The translations under genes and the position numbers were made by a program. 55,615 bases of DNA from Sphaeroforma arctica JP610 (Eukaryota), in assembly GCF_001186125.1 (NCBI RefSeq), contig NW_014040540.1, forward strand, positions 56,075-111,689, in the 5' to 3' direction. Shown here one piece after another: positions 49,615 through 55,615 of this stretch; within the stretch, counting starts at the first letter, position 1; every line of letters begins with the position of its first letter. The notes under the pieces are model-generated. The model made no database searches. It was not told the DNA's origin and worked only from the letters and a program-made list of their open reading frames with translations.

Positions 49615-51402
49615 TTGAACGTTAAGCAGTTCAAAGGCAACACAGCATTTAACGTCTGTGCACAAGAAATACAATCTACTAATGACACTGTTAAGAAGCG
49701 TCAGTCTCTAGCTAGGACTCTGTTTAATAACATAAAGCCCAAGCCCGAGGTCTTTCAAACCTTATTTTTAAAGGGATTAATGAAAGACAATCCTGAAGCG
49801 TATACACATATAATGCGACTATATAATAAGTCAGGTGTATCTAACGCACATGAGCGCGATTATGACGCTCATGCAAAAACAGGACAGGTGTCTGAAAACA
49901 CCACAGACTTAGAGACCACGCAAGTGGATTCTCAACACCCTACCTTTATTCTGGAAGAGCAGAATGATGAAAACATTCTTGCTTGGCTGAAGCAACACCA
50001 TAAGCTGAAGCACCAGAACGTAGTAGAAGCACTTAAAGATGCTAATCGACATGGGATCGCGCACCCTAAACTGGCAACTTTAGTTGACAGAGTATATCAG
50101 TCATACACAGACTGTGATCTCAATCAGATCAAGCGCTATGGTTTTGCACCGCTTAAGAGTGTGACTGAAGATGTTCCATGGTGCAGGGTCATCATTGATC
50201 TGGTTGACCTGCCCACGTCCGAGCACACAGGTGACCGTTACGTATGCCACTTCTTTGATATGGTGTCACGGTTTAACTTGCTATATCCATTAAAGGATAA
50301 GAATACGCAGACCGTGGCAGAATTATGTTGCCAAGTCTTTGCTGACCACGGGTGGCCGGGTATTATGTGCACTGATAACGGTAGTGAGTTCTGCGATGAC
50401 GTTATGGAATCACTAGTACTCGTATCAGGCATATGCCATAAGAGAGGTGTGCCATATAAGCCGCAAACGCAAGGCGCGAATGAAACGCGCCTTAGAAGAC
50501 TTAAGTTCTTCTTGCGTACTGCATTAACGGATGATGCAGATGGTTGGCCGTACCACCTTCAGTGGGTACAAACACAAATGAACGAGTGTGCTGATCCGGT
50601 TACAGGAACTACACCCGCTCACTATTTTCGTGGCAGATATAGTGAGTTACAAATCCCTTTTAACAAGGACGAACCCGATCACCATGAGTTACCATGGTTA
50701 GAGAAGGTCCAACGTATTTATAACGTTGTATATCCTTGCTTGCGAGAAATACGCAATATAGCCTTATTAAAAAGGCAAAAGCGTTGGAACACTACCAAGA
50801 AGATTGCAGAGTATCAGGTTGGTGACAGAGTTAACATCCGTCAACGTAATTCCGATACTACTGTATTAACATCTAAATGGATAGGTCCATACATAATCTC
50901 TGTAGCAGACACTAAAAGTGGAACTTACGAGGTAAATAACCCCGATGGTTCTAGTGCGCTTAATATAGGCACAAGTCGTATTCCGACTACAGAGATTATA
51001 CTCGCAAGAAGACATGACTCTAATGCCCCTCTTGATCGTTCTGAATTTAAAGACATTATATGGAGAACGGATAAGGGAGGCTATACATACTATCGTACAC
51101 GCTTTATAGACGGTACAATAGCTGAGTTGACTTCAGATGCTTTCTATATCCAAGACTATTTAAAAGCCTTTAATCGAAAATGGTGTAAACGCCTGCATAA
51201 GTCACAAGCTGAAAAAGATAGCATGTTTCCATCGTCTGAAGGAACGGAAGTTAAAACTTATCCGCCTACAGCATTTATCCCGAGCCTTACTGCTCATCCT
51301 TCATATGTACTTAAGACACTGAAGAGTAAGGAACGTCCAGTCGACCACCATGGACCTACTGGGCCTAAGCCCAAAACTCACATAGTAACCGAGAACACTT
51401 AA
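49615..51402 (+). CDS. Retroviral-type DDE integrase region of pol (HHCC finger, rve core, GPY/F, chromo-like tail)
   Basis: HHKLKH...SYTDC (one Cys replaced by Tyr), PWCRVIIDLVDLP, IMCTDNGSEF, YKPQTQGANE, SKWIGPYII. The region is an intact ORF but is the 3' part of a broken pol. Confidence 0.92.
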   Translation: MNVKQFKGNTAFNVCAQEIQSTNDTVKKRQSLARTLFNNIKPKPEVFQTLFLKGLMKDNPEAYTHIMRLYNKSGVSNAHERDYDAHAKTGQVSENTTDLETTQVDSQHPTFILEEQNDENILAWLKQHHKLKHQNVVEALKDANRHGIAHPKLATLVDRVYQSYTDCDLNQIKRYGFAPLKSVTEDVPWCRVIIDLVDLPTSEHTGDRYVCHFFDMVSRFNLLYPLKDKNTQTVAELCCQVFADHGWPGIMCTDNGSEFCDDVMESLVLVSGICHKRGVPYKPQTQGANETRLRRLKFFLRTALTDDADGWPYHLQWVQTQMNECADPVTGTTPAHYFRGRYSELQIPFNKDEPDHHELPWLEKVQRIYNVVYPCLREIRNIALLKRQKRWNTTKKIAEYQVGDRVNIRQRNSDTTVLTSKWIGPYIISVADTKSGTYEVNNPDGSSALNIGTSRIPTTEIILARRHDSNAPLDRSEFKDIIWRTDKGGYTYYRTRFIDGTIAELTSDAFYIQDYLKAFNRKWCKRLHKSQAEKDSMFPSSEGTEVKTYPPTAFIPSLTAHPSYVLKTLKSKERPVDHHGPTGPKPKTHIVTENT

Positions 51403-51543
51403 CTTCTCCGCCTGAGAAACATTAACTATATGTTATGCTACTTAATGTTTCGACCCGTTTTTCCTTTCTCCCTTTTTGACCCATAATCAGCTTGAGTGAG
51501 CAACTTGCTTCTCTTGGGTCTCAAAGCTGGGTGGGGGCTGCGT

Positions 51544-51888
51544 AGTAAGCCGGGCCTCCACATTAGACTCTATGTATAAACGTACTCTTAAGCAGTACGC
51601 AAATTATAAACGTACTCTTAATAGTACGAGGAACTTAAGATTCCTAAATGTACTCTTAATAGTACGAGGAACTTAAGTCTCCTAAATGTGCTCTTAATAG
51701 CACGAGGAACTTAAGTTTCCTAAAATGGTTTTTAATTGTTTAATTAATTAAACCTTTTCCATTTAACATATCAGATATTTGGATGAGGCCATTAAAAGGC
51801 CTCAGTAAAATGCCAAACATAAAAGAGTTGGTCTAGTTCTATTAATAGAGCTTTATTTACTTTCCAATTTTATTTATATCTGAATACT
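51544..51888 (+). repeat. Probable LTR (AGTA...TACT termini) with internal 38-bp hairpin repeats
   Basis: It starts just after the purine tract and ends 1 nt before the PBS-like TGGTAGCGAG (51890-51899). An alternative start is TG at 51539. No second copy is present in the window to confirm it. Confidence 0.55.
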
Positions 51889-52968
51889 TTGGTAGCGAGA
51901 TGGCTCAACCGAATATAGGTTTCTAGGGACTATTAACGTTACCTAGTTGATCCTCTGATAAGCCAACCAGATGTGCCAGTCTGATGAAGGCTAAGTCGGT
52001 AATTCTTGATAGTGGCAAGTTATTGGTTAAGACAATAACTAAAGACGTCAAGAGTATTTTTATTTATATTTATTTTTTCTAAAGATAGGATTTTATGAGT
52101 CTATCGGATTCGCCTCAGAATAGAGCGACAACGAAACACTAAATAAAATCCCTTCGGCGGAAACAGTACTGAGAGGATTATATATAGGCAATGTCTCAGC
52201 CTCACAATCCCTCAGAGTATTGCTGTTTTCACGAGGCAAACCTAACTTTATTTAACTTCTCATTTCGTTTATTTATATCGATATTTACACGATATATAGA
52301 ATTTACCTCCGCGTTTATTTATTCTAAGGCATTAGTATCGCCTTTATTAGACCGAATCTTACAATGTAAGGTTTTATGTGTACTTGGTAGTTGGATGTAG
52401 AGTGGCTATAATTGAAGCTAACTCGCTCATAACCTACGCGTGTACAGTTGGATGGTAAAGGGCGCATTTTACTTAATATGGTATTTTGTGGTTTGATGTA
52501 TGGCTGCGGTGCTAGGCTTAGAAGTAGTTTACCAAGTTGATAGTGGTCCTTTTTTCTTAGTGTATTGGTAGCTGAGGAAGGGTGTGTTTTATATGAGGTG
52601 ATCAACTCTTTAGTTTTCTAAGGGCATCAAAGTGGCGTTTAGCTAATGGTTTGCGTGTACATGATGTCTGGTGCAGGTGTGTGTGATTGGGCATAGGGGT
52701 AGTTTGTATCCGCCTAACTGCATTCATGAGGTGATATGTGTGTATACAGGGTACTGGTACATATTCTGAGTGTTCTTAATCCGGAATTTCCCGGAATTTC
52801 TAGCGACTGTGACTTGTCTGTATAGTCGAGTTCAATCGTTTCCGTCTTGTATGTTGGATTGTTCTTTCCCCTTTATCTTGTTCTCTTACTTACTATTTGG
52901 TCGTCGTAACCCTTCTCTTCTTCCACTAAAATCGTGTATATCTTATGGTCAATTTAATTCATTTACAG

Positions 52969-54213
52969 TTAAGAACGAAGAGGCGCGATGGACAAGATCC
53001 GAGCGGAACACTATTATAGCTCAGATTCGCCTGAGGGATATATCTGTTCCGCTATATAATCACTGCGGCATAATTGTATGTTGCATGTATCTGCACATAC
53101 TGTATCTTCATATTCGTACATTTTCACATAGTTACATGAAGATTCACATATGGAAATACTTCCGATTTATTTGCGCATTTTTCATGTACCTTGCTGGTTT
53201 AAATTTAAAATACATCAATAATACATTTCATATACATGTGTTGTCCTTCGCATCTATTTGTATATGTATATCTCCGTATATTTGCGTATATATGCATATA
53301 AATTTATGTATGCTCATTCTGGCCCGTGCATTTGGTCTGTTTTTGTGATTACGCATACAATGTTGATATGTTCGGAACAAACTACTGCAGCCTTAAAGTA
53401 GAGCAGGAATACTGTATCCTTTCAATTTTTTCTTGCGATCACCTATCACGCACACCTTGCACCAATCAGTTTGACTGTTCATTCCTTATTCATATTATGA
53501 TGCTACTTTCCTATCACTTCTATATTCATAGTGTACGGCCAATAATGAAGATGACATGACTGTGATTAAGAAGAAGATCAGGAAAGCAATGCTACGCTGG
53601 CACCCGGACAAATTCATCAATAATTTTGGCAGCAAGTTCTTCGAACCCGAGAGGTGTGTACATCGTAGTCTGTGTGTGTGTGTACCACGAAGGGACTACT
53701 GAATACCGGGTATACGTTTTGTGTGGACGGGGAAGTGTTCAAGCTCATGGGGACGGTGTGTTTATAAAATTCTTGGATTATTCACATGCGATGTGCGTGA
53801 AGACTGGCGTTGTCGAGGCTGTGGTAATCATGAGCTGCAACAAAATCTACATGTGATCTGGGGCGCTGAATTAATTGGAGACACCAGTTACAGGACGAGA
53901 GGGTTGTTGCCTATCTCTTGCTTTCTTATATTTGGTTCTGGCTTTCAAGCATCGCAAGGGGTTTTTTCAACGGTTCTTTGTACCTTTATTTTATGCGATA
54001 TCTGTATGACACTCAGATGGACACTCAGATACGCACACAATCGTATGGGTGTGTGACAGCATTACTCACGGAACATTTGTTCGAATAATCTTCTGCAGAG
54101 ACGATATAATTAAGGAAGTGAATAGGGTGTCGCATATGGTCAATAAGGACAAAGAACGATTGGAGAATACAAGCTATGCAGGCAACTTTCCTTGGCGCTA
54201 TCGATATCGTTAG
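52969..54213 (+). CDS. 3' exons of an NFKBIL1-like (WHPDKF, J-domain-like C-terminus) gene; probable upstream exons at about 46630-46770 and 47451-47500
   Basis: Exons 52969-53075 (EEARW...IRLRDISVP), 53532-53653 (IKKKIRKAMLRWHPDKFINNFG), 54099-54213 (IIKEVNRVSHMVN...TAG), with consistent phases. Upstream candidates join in phase 1 (...AGA|ETEEQRRKQEMAAAREK), but the link to 52969 needs one more exon. Confidence 0.65.
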
Positions 54214-54624
54214 CTAAAAGAATATATAAAACAAACAAAATATAAATATGAATCCCAAGTCAGAACCAGGATGAGTAACAGTCCTCGGAATCATGCCGAG
54301 GTCGAGAGTGAGTTGGGCCGGCTGTGATCGAGTTTTGTCCAGATCAGTTACCACTTTTGACCTGTTCCGTTACTGCTCCAATGAATCCGACTTTCTCTAA
54401 CGCGTTCTTCTGATTGGTCACTGGTGTATGAAGATTAAAAAAAATGCGACAAACATTCTCATCAAAGCGCATACATGTACACCGTCAATCCTAGCACTTA
54501 TGCCCTGCGGAAAAACCGGCAGGACAACAGATGGCTTTTGACGTTGTTCATAAAAATATTTGATCCCTTTTTTTCTTAGCTTGTTCTATTAGAGCGAGTC
54601 TAAACGATTTAATATTTTCATTTT

Positions 54625-54908
54625 TGTAAAACCCTCTTGCCGAGGATAAACCAGATAACCCGTTGGCGGGTTTTGGGCGCCCATCTTTCGTGTGGGTGAA
54701 AACCCTCGTCGTTACTCCTAAGTGGTTTTGGCGCACCACTTTCGTGTGAGCCAACGAGATCAGCTTTAGTCGTCGGCCGGACTATAAATAGCTACAACGG
54801 TCGTTCACAGTGTCACTTCTTTGCTGCGTAACATGCGACCGACCTTAGTAGAATAAACCTAGACTCGGACTTACGTGTGCTTCATCAACGCTTCTTTGGG
54901 CCTTTACA
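54625..54908 (+). mobile_element. Probable LTR of a second, unrelated retroelement
   Basis: TGTAAA...TTTACA termini, TATAAATA at 54783, AATAAA at 54852. Flanks ATTTT/ATTGT are a near TSD, or the downstream sequence is decayed internal region. Confidence 0.45.
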
Positions 54909-55615
54909 ATTGTACTAAAGGTCGCTGTGCTACTTACAGCAATACGAGAACCTTGGATCTTGCTGATTGCCATCATGGTACGTAACAATAACAACAACAA
55001 TTCTACTCAGCAATCTTAACCAAACCCTTGGGCCCAAATAATCAAAATCTGAACCACAAAAACCAGAAATTATGTGTACACAAGACGGGGATATTTCATC
55101 CGAAACTTAAAAGAATTGAAATCTCAACCGAAACCTTATAACGTAAATTAATTTCAATATTGTGGCTAAGGGAGGCTTTATAACCCCGGTTGAGCACCTC
55201 CAACCAAAAGAGCTAGGATTTTACACGCAACAGGAACTAAAGAATCGGCATTAATGTCTGTCAAGCATCCATTTGCCGTATTTAGACTAGTATGGCAATC
55301 TAGTTTAATGTCAGTAAATAAGGTATATGCTGCTGTACGTAGTACGGGAGAGATTATTTGAAAGGTGGTAATATATCCGATAAGTACTACCTTACAAGCT
55401 GTCTATTTATAGACTCGGAAGGTAAATAGTTCTCCATCACAACTGGAGACCCTGCTTCTATAAACTATATATCCGTTATACGGTTCAGGCGTATCAATCT
55501 ACATAACGTGCTGTGCAAATGTAGAACCAGTCACGCGGGAGAAGAGTTTTCACCATACCTGGCGTGACTACATTTGTCAGACCGAGGCCTGTCAATGCAT
55601 CACGGCCGACCAACC

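Larger units (their letters stand above)
47800..51888 (+). mobile_element. 5'-truncated Ty3/gypsy LTR retrotransposon with pol order RT-RNaseH-N6A MTase-integrase-chromo-like, PPT and LTR
   Basis: RT YIDD (VQVYIDDIVIFS, KINEKKCHF). RNase H IATDAS / FFSRAMN..QLNYPTVKQELFAI / LMCDQKSL / HLPGIHNYLPDMLSR. Integrase downstream of RT/RH (gypsy order). PPT-like GGGTGGGGG at 51529-51537. Confidence 0.92.

Noticed and set aside
47800..51402. Classification as a DIRS element because of the MTase domain
   Set aside because: The downstream enzyme is an HHCC/DDE/GPY integrase, with no tyrosine recombinase motifs visible.
54975..55615. Possible decayed gag downstream of the second LTR
   Set aside because: Multiple stops and no recognisable motif; not supportable from the sequence alone.

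Overview
Eukaryotic genomic DNA with (TA)n/(TG)n-filled GT-AG introns. The style resembles a unicellular holozoan such as an ichthyosporean, but that is inference and is not established from the sequence. Most ORF-track entries are microsatellite artefacts. The real content has five parts. (1) A 5'-truncated gene of about 54 exons on + (376-38254, about 2,040 aa in the window) encodes a CAPS/UNC-31-like MUN-domain protein with an unusual layout: two RA-like domains, C2, a PH domain split by a second nested PH, then MUN with MHD1 and MHD2. (2) A 4-exon secreted tyrosinase-type di-copper oxidase lies on - (39902-42189). (3) An AT-rich intergenic region holds a 166-bp tandem array and a TIR-bounded non-autonomous element. 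(4) A decayed Ty3/gypsy LTR retrotransposon (about 47800-51890) has a pol reading RT, RNase H, N6-adenine DNA methyltransferase, DDE integrase, chromo-like tail. Its LTR contains an array of covarying CTTAA-loop hairpins. It appears to sit in an intron of the next gene. (5) That gene is an NFKBIL1-like WHPDKF gene, and a second probable LTR follows it. The strongest novelty candidates are the adenine-MTase-carrying integrase-type retroelement and the CAPS-like protein.
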